Origin: Chlamydiia bacterium
GTDB taxonomy: Bacteria > Chlamydiota > Chlamydiia > Chlamydiales > Rhabdochlamydiaceae
Direction of reading: 5' to 3'
Assembly: GCA_963804085.1 (NCBI GenBank)
Contig: CAWDOQ010000010.1
Coordinates: forward strand, 96,001-160,000
DNA: 64,000 nt
Shown here: piece after piece, positions 9,247 through 18,814 of the stretch
How the letters are laid out: each line of letters begins with the position of its first letter
Position numbering within the stretch: the first letter of the stretch is position 1
The notes under the pieces: model-generated
Told to the model about the DNA's origin: nothing
What the model saw: only the letters and a program-made list of their open reading frames with translations
The model's database searches: none
Translations under genes and position numbers: made by a program

Positions 9247-10563
9247 ATGTCCCTTATAGATTTTTACTACAGCGGCTCATCAGCTGATAGCTTACAAGAG
9301 TGGAACTACTTGAAAGGCAAAGGCTATGTGGTGAAAACGCACACAAGTTTGGTGGGCAGTGAACCTAAGGCCGAAGATACTAATCCTCTCCTCCATAAGG
9401 AAAGGCCGCGTGTCCAGGAGATGGACAGCAAAAGAAAAAACAAGTGGCTGGTCGATGGCGCATTCGAGGTGATATCGACGCTTAACCTCGAGGAGCGTGC
9501 TAAAAAAGAGGATTTTTGGAATCAAAACTATTGCATCACTTTGGCAAGCGGCATTGTCGGCACGCTCTTAGGCATTGGATGCGGCGTAGCTACAGTTTTT
9601 GTTAAAGCCGCTTGGCTCAAAGTGACTTGTGTCGTAGCAGCTGTCGCTCTCGTGCTCTTTGCCGTTCTTAGCTTCTATCGCGCATCGGATGCTTCCGATC
9701 AGGCAAATGGTTGGAATATGCATCCTGCTGTAGCTTTGCAAAATCAAAGGATGCTCGCTTTTCAAAATGGCTTCGTGGATACATGGTTAAAATCACGGCA
9801 GAATTATCTGACTAAGAATGAGATGACCTATCTACTACATCAAGCATTTGAAAAGTGGAATACCCAATTAGAAAGTGCAAAAAGCACTCCCAGCAAGCGA
9901 GCAGCTTTTACCGAGGAGTTTCTTGGCTCATCACTTCTTGCAGAGCATCCCATAAAACAGGTTTTAGGAAATAACAAACTCGAGACATTTTGCGTGCAAT
10001 TTCAACAGTGTGGTTATTACGCCAAAGATCATCGTGAAAAGTATTTCTCTTGGCAACTCAAGTCTTTAGATGAGGAGAAAACCAAACTCTTGTCTGTGCA
10101 AGATCAGGAGCGTGAAAAAAGAGATGCATCTATAAATCTGACATTCGCAACAAAAAAGAACGCTTTGGAGCAAGACCGAGACAAAAAACTCAATAAACTA
10201 AAGGAAGCGGAACAAAAAAAATCTGAGCATCCACAGGTAAATCCAATCAAAGAGAGCTTCAATCTTGCCCTTCAAAAAGCAGTAAAAGAGCGCGACGAAG
10301 CACTTGCTGCAAGTCAAAAGGGTTGTTCAACCTCAAAAGGCCAAATAGAAGAGATTGACAAGGGTATAAAAGGAGGGATCGAATTGCGCAAAAAGGCCGG
10401 TTACGATGCTTTTTATCAGCAAGCTCAAGACATATTTGAAGGAGCCTATGCAGTGCTAAAGAATCAAACACCGCCTCCCTATTCTTATAAAGATCCTATA
10501 TGGCTCTTTAAAGAAGCTGTTGCTCTTGCTCAAAATGGACCGAGAGAGAGAAAAACGAGTTAA
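9247..10563 (+). CDS. Inc-like protein, paralog 2
   Basis: Same layout. Shares KW.VD.A, NY.ITL.SGIV, LSFYR.S.AS, WN.HPA, A.DIF.GAYA.LK.Q.PP with 7918..9225. Confidence 0.6.
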   Translation: MSLIDFYYSGSSADSLQEWNYLKGKGYVVKTHTSLVGSEPKAEDTNPLLHKERPRVQEMDSKRKNKWLVDGAFEVISTLNLEERAKKEDFWNQNYCITLASGIVGTLLGIGCGVATVFVKAAWLKVTCVVAAVALVLFAVLSFYRASDASDQANGWNMHPAVALQNQRMLAFQNGFVDTWLKSRQNYLTKNEMTYLLHQAFEKWNTQLESAKSTPSKRAAFTEEFLGSSLLAEHPIKQVLGNNKLETFCVQFQQCGYYAKDHREKYFSWQLKSLDEEKTKLLSVQDQEREKRDASINLTFATKKNALEQDRDKKLNKLKEAEQKKSEHPQVNPIKESFNLALQKAVKERDEALAASQKGCSTSKGQIEEIDKGIKGGIELRKKAGYDAFYQQAQDIFEGAYAVLKNQTPPPYSYKDPIWLFKEAVALAQNGPRERKTS

Positions 10564-10584
10564 TAGACCTCTTTCGAAACAGGT

Positions 10585-11334
10585 CTAATGCAAAAGGGCA
10601 ACGGTTGCATGTCTTCCGGTCACTCTCTGGTCGCGCCGGAAGGAGAAGTAGTCTTCCGGTTGCGAATAGGTGCATAGAGAAGCGATCTCGATGTGAGAGG
10701 TAACCACTCCTGCATCGAGAAGTTGCCTTCTGCTAATCTCCCACAGATTAAAATAGGTGGGCCTCTCTTGAAACTCCCGGAATGATTCGGGCAGCTCTGT
10801 TTTATAGTTTTTAAACTCTGCATGCTGAGGGCCTAAACTGGGGGAGATGCCGACTAAAAGGTTTTCCGGTCTAGACCCTATTTGCTTTTGCATCAGATCC
10901 ACGGTCTCTTTGTAGATGTTCTGCACATTGCCGCGCCAGCCGCAGTGGATATTTGCTAGAGCATGATTCTTGGGGTCGTAAAAGATAGCGGCTTGACAAT
11001 CTGCATGTTTAATCATAAGAGCGCGTCCCTTCTCTTGCGTAAGAAGGCCATCACACTCTCCTGCCTCTTCATCTCCTTTAAGGTGATGAATGGCCTTCCC
11101 ATGGCACTGCTTGCCCGAAACGAGCTCCTCTATACCCAAAATCTGGCAAATCTGCTGGCGATTCTTTTTAATGATCTCTGGATTGTCGCCCGAGCCCCCT
11201 CCGACATTTAAAGAGGAAAAAGGAGCTTGGCTGTGCCCGCCTTGGCGCAAAAAAATAGCATGGACTAGACCGGGAATCTCTTGTAAAAGCTCAAATTCGA
11301 GCCACTCTACTCCATCTCTTTTTTTACGAATCAT
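10585..11334 (-). CDS. pgeF: YfiH/PgeF family (laccase-domain, purine nucleoside phosphorylase-like) protein
   Basis: SLNVG, QCHG, ADCQ, HCGWRG, CT....YFSFRRD motifs. Confidence 0.9.
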   Translation of the reverse strand: MIRKKRDGVEWLEFELLQEIPGLVHAIFLRQGGHSQAPFSSLNVGGGSGDNPEIIKKNRQQICQILGIEELVSGKQCHGKAIHHLKGDEEAGECDGLLTQEKGRALMIKHADCQAAIFYDPKNHALANIHCGWRGNVQNIYKETVDLMQKQIGSRPENLLVGISPSLGPQHAEFKNYKTELPESFREFQERPTYFNLWEISRRQLLDAGVVTSHIEIASLCTYSQPEDYFSFRRDQRVTGRHATVALLH

Positions 11335-12524
11335 CTTTTAACCTTTAGAGAGCACGCAAAGCCGCCATCCCACCCCTCTTTGCCAGGAAGCCGTTTGAAA
11401 GGCCCTCTTTCTACAGTAAGAGATAAAGACGAACAAGCACGCTTGATCTGCTCTTCATTCTCTTCGGCGAGAATACTACAAGTCATATACCAGATATGAC
11501 CGCCTGCTTCAAGAAGCGAAACCGCCCTTTCAAGCGTCCTCCATTGAACCTCTTTTAACGCTTTTAAGTGACGGGTGTCTATCCTCCAGCGCGCCTCGGG
11601 TCTCTTGTGGAGAACACCGCTATTGCTGCAGGGCGCATCTAGCAAGATGAGATCAAACTTATCCGTCTGTGGATACTCTTCTGCGCGATGGCAAGTAATT
11701 TGGGCAGAAACTTTATATTTATCTAAATTCTCTTCCAGCCTGACAAGCCTCTTTTCCGATGCGTCATTAGCAGTCAGCTTTGCATCTGGGAAGAGTTCTT
11801 GGAATAAAATGAGCTTTCCCCCTGGCGCAGAGCAAAGATCGAGAATCTTTTTTGGTTTGCAGCCTTCTGCTAGCTCGGTCAAGAGAGTCGGCTGCGTCTT
11901 GTTCTGTATGTAATAAACTGGATCATCTTTGATCTTTTCGACGCTTTGGATGGCTACAAACGCATCCTTCTTTTCCCAGCGCTTGCGCGCCATAAGAACC
12001 GGGGGAGCATTCATCGCCTCTAACATCTCGTCCGCACTCTTTTCTCCATACTCTTCTGTCAGCTTATTAATGAAGAGAGGAGGATATGAATAGAACACAC
12101 TCTTATCCTCCTTGGATATCTCCCAACTACCTTCAACTAAACGACGGAGCGCTGCATTTAAAAAGCGGACAAAGCGGCCATCCGTATACTTTTTGGCAAG
12201 TTGGACCATTTCGGATACGAGTGCATGAGGTGGAATGCGATCTAAAAAAAGATGCTGGTAGATAGAAAGACGCAGGAGCATCTTCTCTTTCAGCTTATCC
12301 GGCAGAGCCAGGCGTGTGCTAATCTTGCGTGCAATCGCATCTAAGGTGAGAAGGCGCCTCTCTGTGCCAAAAGCCAGCTCTTGGGCCAGATGCTTGTCAC
12401 GAGAAGAGGGGGCTGTACCTTTCTGCCAATTCTTTAAAAAGTGAGAAAGGAAGAGGTCCTGGTTGCGGTGAACAGCGCACAGGGCTAAAAAGGCTGCTTC
12501 TCTGGGATTTGTGATGGGTTCCAT
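11331..12524 (-). CDS. rsmB: 16S rRNA m5C methyltransferase RsmB/Sun with NusB-like N-terminal domain
   Basis: LDLCSAPGGK, LLDAPCSNSG, YMTCS..EENE. Start placed at MEPITNPRE. Confidence 0.85.
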   Translation of the reverse strand: MEPITNPREAAFLALCAVHRNQDLFLSHFLKNWQKGTAPSSRDKHLAQELAFGTERRLLTLDAIARKISTRLALPDKLKEKMLLRLSIYQHLFLDRIPPHALVSEMVQLAKKYTDGRFVRFLNAALRRLVEGSWEISKEDKSVFYSYPPLFINKLTEEYGEKSADEMLEAMNAPPVLMARKRWEKKDAFVAIQSVEKIKDDPVYYIQNKTQPTLLTELAEGCKPKKILDLCSAPGGKLILFQELFPDAKLTANDASEKRLVRLEENLDKYKVSAQITCHRAEEYPQTDKFDLILLDAPCSNSGVLHKRPEARWRIDTRHLKALKEVQWRTLERAVSLLEAGGHIWYMTCSILAEENEEQIKRACSSLSLTVERGPFKRLPGKEGWDGGFACSLKVKR

Positions 12525-12531
12525 AAAAGAA

Positions 12532-12571
12532 AATTGCAACCGCCCTAAATTTAACAGAGAACGGTTGCAAT
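12532..12571 (-). terminator. Probable intrinsic terminator after 12584..12988
   Basis: Minus strand ATTGCAACCG...CGGTTGCAAT followed by TTTCTTTT. Confidence 0.55.
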
Positions 12572-12583
12572 AAGTAGAGAAAA

Positions 12584-12988
12584 TTACTTCACTTGAGCAG
12601 GAGTCGCATTCTTTACAGCAGGTGCTGCAGCAGAATTTGTCTCTTTTTTCTCTGCAATAGCGCCGCCAGATTTTGCAACCTTTTGTACAGCGTCATCAGC
12701 AGAAACAACTGCTACTTTTGCATCTTTTTGGCTAGATGCGCAAGCACCAGCAGCAGAACATGCAGCTTTCATTGCTTCTTCTCTTTGTTTTCCATTGAAC
12801 TGAGAAGAGAACACTTTGCGGTTCTGATCATTGAGCTTCGCAGCAAAAGCGAGTTCATCAGCAGAGAGATGGCTTACGCTTTTCTCTTGTGGTGCGCTTT
12901 GTTGTGGTGCAGCAGCTGGAGCTTGGTTAGCTTGTAGACTCGCAACCATAGCAACTGCGGCCAGTGACATTAAAAACTGTTTTTTCAT
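12584..12988 (-). CDS. Small exported hypothetical protein (paralog A)
   Basis: Signal peptide (ASLQA) and core LSADELAFAAKLNDQNRKVF..QF...QR..AM...DDAVQKVA. Confidence 0.75.
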   Translation of the reverse strand: MKKQFLMSLAAVAMVASLQANQAPAAAPQQSAPQEKSVSHLSADELAFAAKLNDQNRKVFSSQFNGKQREEAMKAACSAAGACASSQKDAKVAVVSADDAVQKVAKSGGAIAEKKETNSAAAPAVKNATPAQVK

Positions 12989-13090
12989 AAAATTTATCTC
13001 CTAAAAATCTAAGTGTTTCTTCACTTAGTTATGCGTTGAATGTAAAACCCCTCTCCATTTTTTGTCTAGAGAAAGTGGAATTAACCCCCA

Positions 13091-13501
13091 TTATTTTACT
13101 GGGCAGCTGCCGCCTGGACGTGTCGTAGAAGGCTTAGCTGGCATCATCATACTGTTATCTCTTGCGACCTTTTCGACCGCTTGGTCGTTGGTCATCAGCT
13201 TGCCGTCTTTGCCCATTGTACCGGACATATCCATAGCACTATTTCTTTGAGCGGTGCTAAATTTGTTGCAAAACATCATTTTATTATTGGAATTTAGCTC
13301 ATCCACAAAATCCTGCTCATCCGAAGAGAGATTGGAGCAGTCGGCCCTCTGATTCGCCTTGGGCTGCTGTTGTTGTTGCGGCTGTTGCTGCTGTTGCTGA
13401 GTGCTATTACCGTTGCCATAGCCGACTGTAGGGGCGGCCGTTGCAAATGAACCTGCCATGCAAAATAGAGTTAAAACCATCCACTTCTGTGCTTTTGTCA
13501 T
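13091..13501 (-). CDS. Small exported hypothetical protein with poly-Q tract (paralog B)
   Basis: Signal peptide, QQQQQQPQQQQQ, core LSSDEQDFVDELNSNNKMMF..KF...QR..AM...DQAVEKVA. Confidence 0.75.
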   Translation of the reverse strand: MTKAQKWMVLTLFCMAGSFATAAPTVGYGNGNSTQQQQQQPQQQQQPKANQRADCSNLSSDEQDFVDELNSNNKMMFCNKFSTAQRNSAMDMSGTMGKDGKLMTNDQAVEKVARDNSMMMPAKPSTTRPGGSCPVK

Positions 13502-13605
13502 CTTCCTTCTCCTGGTTATGATGCGTTAATTTGAGACCTTAAATATTTTTTTCGATTTCTGTCTATCTTTTTTTAGAGTAATATTCAGTTAAGCCACCAT
13601 TAGCC

Positions 13606-14793
13606 ATGAAAACGCCCCTACTATCCCCGGTAACTAAAAGCCTGCTTCTTCTCTGGTTAGCCCACTTCTTCATGGATTTCTTTACAGGGATTTGGCCGAT
13701 CTACAAGACACTTGCGCATATCGACATTGCAAAAGCCGGGCTGATGATCGGGATTAGCGGCTTTACAGGTGAGTTTTTACAAATCTTTTTTGGCTATTTT
13801 TGCGATAGGGGCTACCGCAAAGCTATCCTTCTCTTCGGCCTCATCTTTGCCTCTTCGATTGTCTGGATCACCTTTGTCAGCGAGCTCTTTCCCTCGTTTC
13901 TGCTCCTCTTGCTGCTTATGATAGGATCGGGCTCCTTCCACCCTGCTGCAGTGGGGCTGACCGGCAGCTTGAGTTCTGAAAAAAAGGGAGGGTATATTCT
14001 GTTTTTTGCCTCTGGCGGGGCGATCGGTCTGGGCATCTCCCAACTCGTTTTCACCAAAATTACTCACCTCTTCCAGGGTCATGCTCTCATCCTTTTTTTG
14101 CCTTTGGCAGCTACTCTTCTCCTGCTCGCCAAATTCCCCTTTCCCTACCAGACCTTTGCGAAGCCTGCGGTCTCTTTAAAAAGTTTTTTCCAGCCCATCA
14201 TGCACTGCAAAAAACCACTCTTTTTGCTCTATCTTACGCAAGTGGCCAACCAGGGACTCGTTCTCGCGTTCATCTTTCTGCTTCCCGACCTGCTCTCTGC
14301 TAGAGAATGCCACTCCTGGCTCTGTTTCGGCGGCGGCCACCTCTGCTTCGTTCTCACATCTGCCTTCACGATGGTCCCTGCGGGCTATCTTTGTGATAAG
14401 TATGGGCAAAAGAGCGTCTTGCTCTCTGTGATCTTTTGTGCGATCGCCTTATTCTACCTTTTTTTAATGATGCCCCCTCTTTCGCTTACGGGTAATATCC
14501 TCCTCCTTTCGTCTCTAGGGGCCTTTTTAGGGATTATCAATCCTATCATCGTCTCTTGGGGAAACCGTCTCGTTCCCGAAAGCCCAAGCACCGTCTCTGC
14601 CATCATGATGGGGTTTGCCTGGTGCCTCTCCAACTTAGGACCCACCTGCGTCGGCTTTATCGCCAAGCTCTACACCGTGGCCCCCTATTTAAACGCCATC
14701 GCCACAATGGGCATCCTCCTCTTCGTCATGCTCCTCCTGATTCTTTACATGCCCCATCCCCAACAGCAGGTTACTGAGCAGAGTGAAGGTTAA
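13606..14793 (+). CDS. MFS transporter (Fsr-like)
   Basis: About 12 TM segments, AHFFMD, GYFCDRG.RK, GSGSFHP, GYLCDKYG.K. Confidence 0.85.
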   Translation: MKTPLLSPVTKSLLLLWLAHFFMDFFTGIWPIYKTLAHIDIAKAGLMIGISGFTGEFLQIFFGYFCDRGYRKAILLFGLIFASSIVWITFVSELFPSFLLLLLLMIGSGSFHPAAVGLTGSLSSEKKGGYILFFASGGAIGLGISQLVFTKITHLFQGHALILFLPLAATLLLLAKFPFPYQTFAKPAVSLKSFFQPIMHCKKPLFLLYLTQVANQGLVLAFIFLLPDLLSARECHSWLCFGGGHLCFVLTSAFTMVPAGYLCDKYGQKSVLLSVIFCAIALFYLFLMMPPLSLTGNILLLSSLGAFLGIINPIIVSWGNRLVPESPSTVSAIMMGFAWCLSNLGPTCVGFIAKLYTVAPYLNAIATMGILLFVMLLLILYMPHPQQQVTEQSEG

Positions 14794-14795
14794 AT

Positions 14796-14816
14796 ACGGG
14801 CACGGGCACGGGCGCG
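14796..14816. repeat. (GGGCAC)n hexamer intergenic repeat
   Basis: acgggcacgggcacgggcgcg right after the MFS stop codon. Confidence 0.7.
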
Positions 14817-14865
14817 AATAAAAATGGCTAGAGATCTTTTAAGCAGTTTCTTATATCAGTGAAAC

Positions 14866-15390
14866 ATGGACGATAGATCTGTAGAGTGCAGCCAGTGCAA
14901 AAAGCCGGTCAAGGTGGTCTACAAAGAAATTGTGGACAAGTCGGTCATACGCACAGAGATGTGCGCAGACTGCCCTCTTTTGGAAGAGCGCTTACATGGT
15001 GCTTCGACCGCTAATGCTGAGAGCATTGAGGGTGTAAAAGCAGGGCTCTGCTGCAACAATTGCCGCACAACGCTAGAGTCGGTTAAAACGGGCAATGCCC
15101 TTGGCTGCAGCGAATGTTATGTTGTTTTTTCCGATCTGCTTGTCTCAGAGCTTATCGCATCAAATAGCTTGCCTTCTCGCATGATCAAGAGCCTGACGGT
15201 TAAGAAAAATCAGCCTTTGCATGTCGGCAAGTTTCTAGATAAGCCGCTTACCTTTGCTACCTCGGAGCGCTTAAAAGAGCTCAACGAAGCTCTGGCTGAG
15301 GCTCTTAAAAAAGAGAATTATGAACATGCAGCCTCCTTGCGCGACCAGATCAAAGCATTAAAGGAAAAGAGCGATGAAGGAAAAAGCTAA
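14866..15390 (+). CDS. mcsA: McsA, activator of protein arginine kinase
   Basis: CxxC motifs, C-terminal UVR domain (ENYEHAASLRDQIK), overlaps mcsB. Confidence 0.88.
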   Translation: MDDRSVECSQCKKPVKVVYKEIVDKSVIRTEMCADCPLLEERLHGASTANAESIEGVKAGLCCNNCRTTLESVKTGNALGCSECYVVFSDLLVSELIASNSLPSRMIKSLTVKKNQPLHVGKFLDKPLTFATSERLKELNEALAEALKKENYEHAASLRDQIKALKEKSDEGKS

Positions 15391-16432
15391 TCTACCCTCC
15401 TTCCTTCTAGAGCATACGCCCTGGCTGGAAGAGGCAAATCCGATTTGGCCTGCCACCTCCTTTGTGCTCCATCGCAACCTTGCCCGCTATAACTTTCCTC
15501 CAAAATTGACAGAGACAGACGGCTATCAGGTACTCAATCTTCTCAAAAACACACTTCTCGACTCTAAACTCTTGCAAGAATCCCTATTTCTAAAGAGCGA
15601 AGAGCTCTCGCCTCTGGATAAGGAATTTCTTTTTGAACACTTTCTCTGCTTAGAAGGGTTTCAGCAGCCCATGAAGAGCCAAGGATTTCTGGTAGCAGAG
15701 GGCGCGCATCTGTTAGGCATGATGAACGTCCAAGACCATCTGCAACTGCATATGCTGGATTGTATTGGAGGCTGGGAGAGTGCTTACGCGCGCCTCTTGG
15801 CGCTCGACACCTTTATAGGAAAACACCTCGAGTACGCCTTTTCAACTAAATTTGGCTACCTTACGGCAGATCCCAAGATCGCAGGAACAGCACTTTTAGT
15901 GCGTGTCTTTCTCCACCTTCCCGCCCTCATTCATACCGGTAAGGCTATAGAAAAAGAGGAGGAGGTTGCACTGATGAGCCTGCAAGGCTCTTTAGAAAAC
16001 AGTGTAGGAGATATTGTCGTGCTCCAAAATGCCTTCACTTTGGGCCTCTCTGAAGAGAATATCTTGCGTTCGCTCCATGCTCTCTCATCCAAGCTGATCT
16101 CCGCAGAAAGCGCATTGCGAACCGAACTTAAAACAACCAATAACGCGAATATGAAAGATCAGGTAAGTCGTGCCTTCGGCCTCCTCCTCCACTCCTATCA
16201 GCTGCAGACAAAAGAAGCGCTAGATGCGTTAAGCCTGATTAAGCTCGGCATCCATCTCGGCTGGATCAGCGGGATGAGCGATACCAAGATTAACGACATC
16301 TTCTTCAAATGCCGCCACGCCCACCTCTCTTACCTTTTACAAGAAAAAAAGATAGCCACCCCGGAGGCGCTCGCCCACAAGCGCGCCGAGTTCATCCACC
16401 AGCAGCTTGCCGGTGTTACCCTCCAGACCTGA
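15374..16432 (+). CDS. mcsB: McsB-like ATP:guanido phosphotransferase (protein arginine kinase family)
   Basis: RNL..YNFP, DHL.L, YAFS.KFGYLT, LHLPAL, N.FTLGLSEE, D.VSRAFG.L, LS..KLG. Confidence 0.88.
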   Translation: MKEKANLPSFLLEHTPWLEEANPIWPATSFVLHRNLARYNFPPKLTETDGYQVLNLLKNTLLDSKLLQESLFLKSEELSPLDKEFLFEHFLCLEGFQQPMKSQGFLVAEGAHLLGMMNVQDHLQLHMLDCIGGWESAYARLLALDTFIGKHLEYAFSTKFGYLTADPKIAGTALLVRVFLHLPALIHTGKAIEKEEEVALMSLQGSLENSVGDIVVLQNAFTLGLSEENILRSLHALSSKLISAESALRTELKTTNNANMKDQVSRAFGLLLHSYQLQTKEALDALSLIKLGIHLGWISGMSDTKINDIFFKCRHAHLSYLLQEKKIATPEALAHKRAEFIHQQLAGVTLQT

Positions 16433-16444
16433 CTGTTCAAAAAA

Positions 16445-16517
16445 TGCCTAAGGCCGGAATTGAACCGACAACCTCCGCATTACGAATGCATTGCTCTACC
16501 AGTTGAGCTACTTAGGC
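16445..16517 (-). tRNA. tRNA-Thr(CGT)
   Basis: GCCTAAGTAGCTCAACTGGTAGAGC...TTCGTAA...GGTTCAATTCC...CTTAGGCA cloverleaf. Confidence 0.93.
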
Positions 16518-16540
16518 AAATAGGCTAGTATAGCGGAAGT

Positions 16541-17926
16541 ATGGGAAAAATGCCTAATATCAAGGCTCTACTGCTCATGGCGGGTAGTGGGGCGCGTTTT
16601 AAAAGTAGCTTACCCAAGCAGTTCCACCGCATTGGCGGTAAGAAGATCTACTTGCATACGCTCGAACGTTTTTTGGCCGTCTCTCTTTTTGACGAGATTC
16701 TGTTGGTCTGCTCTGAGGAGTGGCAAAGAGAAGTGGAGGCCGACATCGCCGCCTATAAAACTGATAAGATACGTGTTGTGTGCGGCGGCAAAACGCGCCA
16801 AGAATCCTCCTACTTGGGTCTTTTGGCTTGTGGAAGTGATACGGATTATGTGGTAATCCACGATGCGGTCCGTCCCTTTGTGAGCGTTCGCATTTTGGAA
16901 GAGAATGTAGAAGCGGTGCTAGCGCACCTTGCAGTTGATACCTGCATCCCTTCGGCAGACACTCTTGTCCACTCTCCTTCAGGAAAAGAGATCGCCTCGA
17001 TCCCCACGCGCAGCCACTACTTGCGCGGACAGACGCCACAGAGCTTTTCCTATCCCCTCATTTTAGGCGCGCATCAAAATGCCCTGCAAAAAAAGATCAC
17101 AGCCTCTGACGACTGCTCTCTGGTCCTGGCCGACAATGCGCCAGTCCACATCATAGAGGGCGAAGAGGAGAACATCAAGATCACGAGCGAGCTGGATCTC
17201 TTTATCGGCGAGCAGCTCTTGCGCTCTTCTGCACACGCCTTTTCGCTCTCACAAAAGCAGGAGCCCGTCTCATTAAAAGGCAAAACGTTTGCAATAACGG
17301 GCGGTACGGGAGAGATCGGCCAGGCCATTGCGGCGCGCTTAAAAGAGGAGGGAGCGACAGCTGTTCTGCTCTCTAGGAGCGCCGAGCCTTTTTCAGTCGA
17401 TCTCACCTCCTTTTCTGAGACAGAGGCAATATTTAATAAACTCTACGCTCTATATGGTCCAATAGACGGTCTCATCAACTGCATCGGCAAACTAAAGCGC
17501 AAATCACTTGGGGATTTGACCTCTCAAGAGATCGAAGAGCTGATCAGCGTCAACTTAACAGGGGTGGTCTTCGCCTGCAAATGCGCCAAGATTAAAGAGG
17601 GAGGAGATCTCATCAATATCGCCTCTTCTGCCTATTCTCGCGGAAGAAAGGATTTTGCCCTCTACTCTGCCGCAAAAGCAGCTGTCGTGAACTTCACTCA
17701 GGCGCTCGCAGAAGAGCGATCCGATCTATGCGTCACGGCTCTTGCACCGCAACGGACAGACACACGCCTGCGAAGAGAGCAGTTCCCACAAGAGGATCCG
17801 AAGGCTCTTTTAACAACTAGTGAAGTCGCAGATGTGATTTTAAAGTTACTAAAAGAAAAGGGCCCCACAGGAGCCCTTATTGAAATTAGGAATTACTTCG
17901 TTTCTAATACCGCAGGATGGCAGTAA
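16541..17926 (+). CDS. Bifunctional IspD/TarI-type cytidylyltransferase plus SDR oxidoreductase
   Basis: LMAGSGARF..PKQF, GGKTRQES, IHDAVRP, QTPQ, NIKIT; then TGGTGEIG and YSAAK. Confidence 0.88.
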   Translation: MGKMPNIKALLLMAGSGARFKSSLPKQFHRIGGKKIYLHTLERFLAVSLFDEILLVCSEEWQREVEADIAAYKTDKIRVVCGGKTRQESSYLGLLACGSDTDYVVIHDAVRPFVSVRILEENVEAVLAHLAVDTCIPSADTLVHSPSGKEIASIPTRSHYLRGQTPQSFSYPLILGAHQNALQKKITASDDCSLVLADNAPVHIIEGEEENIKITSELDLFIGEQLLRSSAHAFSLSQKQEPVSLKGKTFAITGGTGEIGQAIAARLKEEGATAVLLSRSAEPFSVDLTSFSETEAIFNKLYALYGPIDGLINCIGKLKRKSLGDLTSQEIEELISVNLTGVVFACKCAKIKEGGDLINIASSAYSRGRKDFALYSAAKAAVVNFTQALAEERSDLCVTALAPQRTDTRLRREQFPQEDPKALLTTSEVADVILKLLKEKGPTGALIEIRNYFVSNTAGWQ

Positions 17927-18324
17927 TACTTCTCGCTTCTAATGACACGTGAACCGATGTTATAAACCAGCGCTTCAAATGAGAAAACTGCAGTCTCCAA
18001 ACAAGCGATCGAACCGAAGAACATAGTGTCTAGGCAGCTGTTCGTTCTCTTTGTATGGAAATCGCAGCACATCGCCATTTTTAAAATCGCTGCGAGCATA
18101 GCAAGAGGAAGACGCACAACGGCCTCAACGATTGCTACTAGTCCAGTGATAAGATAGATAGGCTCTGCAATGATTCTGCGGGTCCAGTTAGTGCAGCAAG
18201 CGTGGACAGGTTTTGTACCTGCTTTATTCATAGGCGCATTGCGGAAATCGTTCAAATTTTCTGCGCAAAAGGCTGTTAATGATGTCCAGATGTAGGCACA
18301 CTCGTTTGGTTTAATTTGACTCAT
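17893..18324 (-). CDS. Small hydrophobic hypothetical protein (triplet member 3)
   Basis: AEPIYLI..LVAIVEAVVR...ALVYN motif shared with the two upstream genes. Confidence 0.7.
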   Translation of the reverse strand: MSQIKPNECAYIWTSLTAFCAENLNDFRNAPMNKAGTKPVHACCTNWTRRIIAEPIYLITGLVAIVEAVVRLPLAMLAAILKMAMCCDFHTKRTNSCLDTMFFGSIACLETAVFSFEALVYNIGSRVIRSEKYYCHPAVLETK

Positions 18325-18340
18325 TTTCTTCTCCTTTTAT

Positions 18341-18805
18341 TTAAGATTTAAGTTCAACTTGTTCAGGGGGTTTAGCGGGTTCCGGACTGCAAGGCAAAAG
18401 ATCCTTGTCATAGTCCAGAGTCTCTTTGGTCAAATTCTGTACGAGTGCATACACATCGGTCAGCGTATTGCAAGCTGTTCGAAGTCCGGTATAAGCAAAG
18501 GTCCAAAATAGCATAGGAATGTCTTGCGGTATCGTCTTGGTAAATGTGACTTCAAAACCATCCTTAATGCACAAAAAAGGAGTGCAAATTAACAAGAGCG
18601 TTGCAAAAACAAGACCGAGTACGATACGCACAACAGCTTCTACCAGCGATGCGACTGCGAGCAAAAGAAAGCCAGCCTCTGCAAGAGTCCAGTGGCAGCT
18701 TCCTCTGTTTCTTGTTTCTGCCAAACAGAGCGTGGCTGATGCAGAGAGAGACTCTACGCAGCCATGTGTACCTTTTAGTTCTTTTGCAGGGATAAACATG
18801 CTCAT
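18341..18805 (-). CDS. Small hydrophobic hypothetical protein (triplet member 2)
   Basis: AEAGFLLLAVASLVEAVVR...TPFL...ALVQN. Confidence 0.7.
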   Translation of the reverse strand: MSMFIPAKELKGTHGCVESLSASATLCLAETRNRGSCHWTLAEAGFLLLAVASLVEAVVRIVLGLVFATLLLICTPFLCIKDGFEVTFTKTIPQDIPMLFWTFAYTGLRTACNTLTDVYALVQNLTKETLDYDKDLLPCSPEPAKPPEQVELKS

Positions 18806-18814
18806 TTCCTTCTT

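Noticed and set aside
16541-17926. ispD or ispDF
   Set aside because: The fused domain is an SDR, not IspF, so no symbol was assigned.
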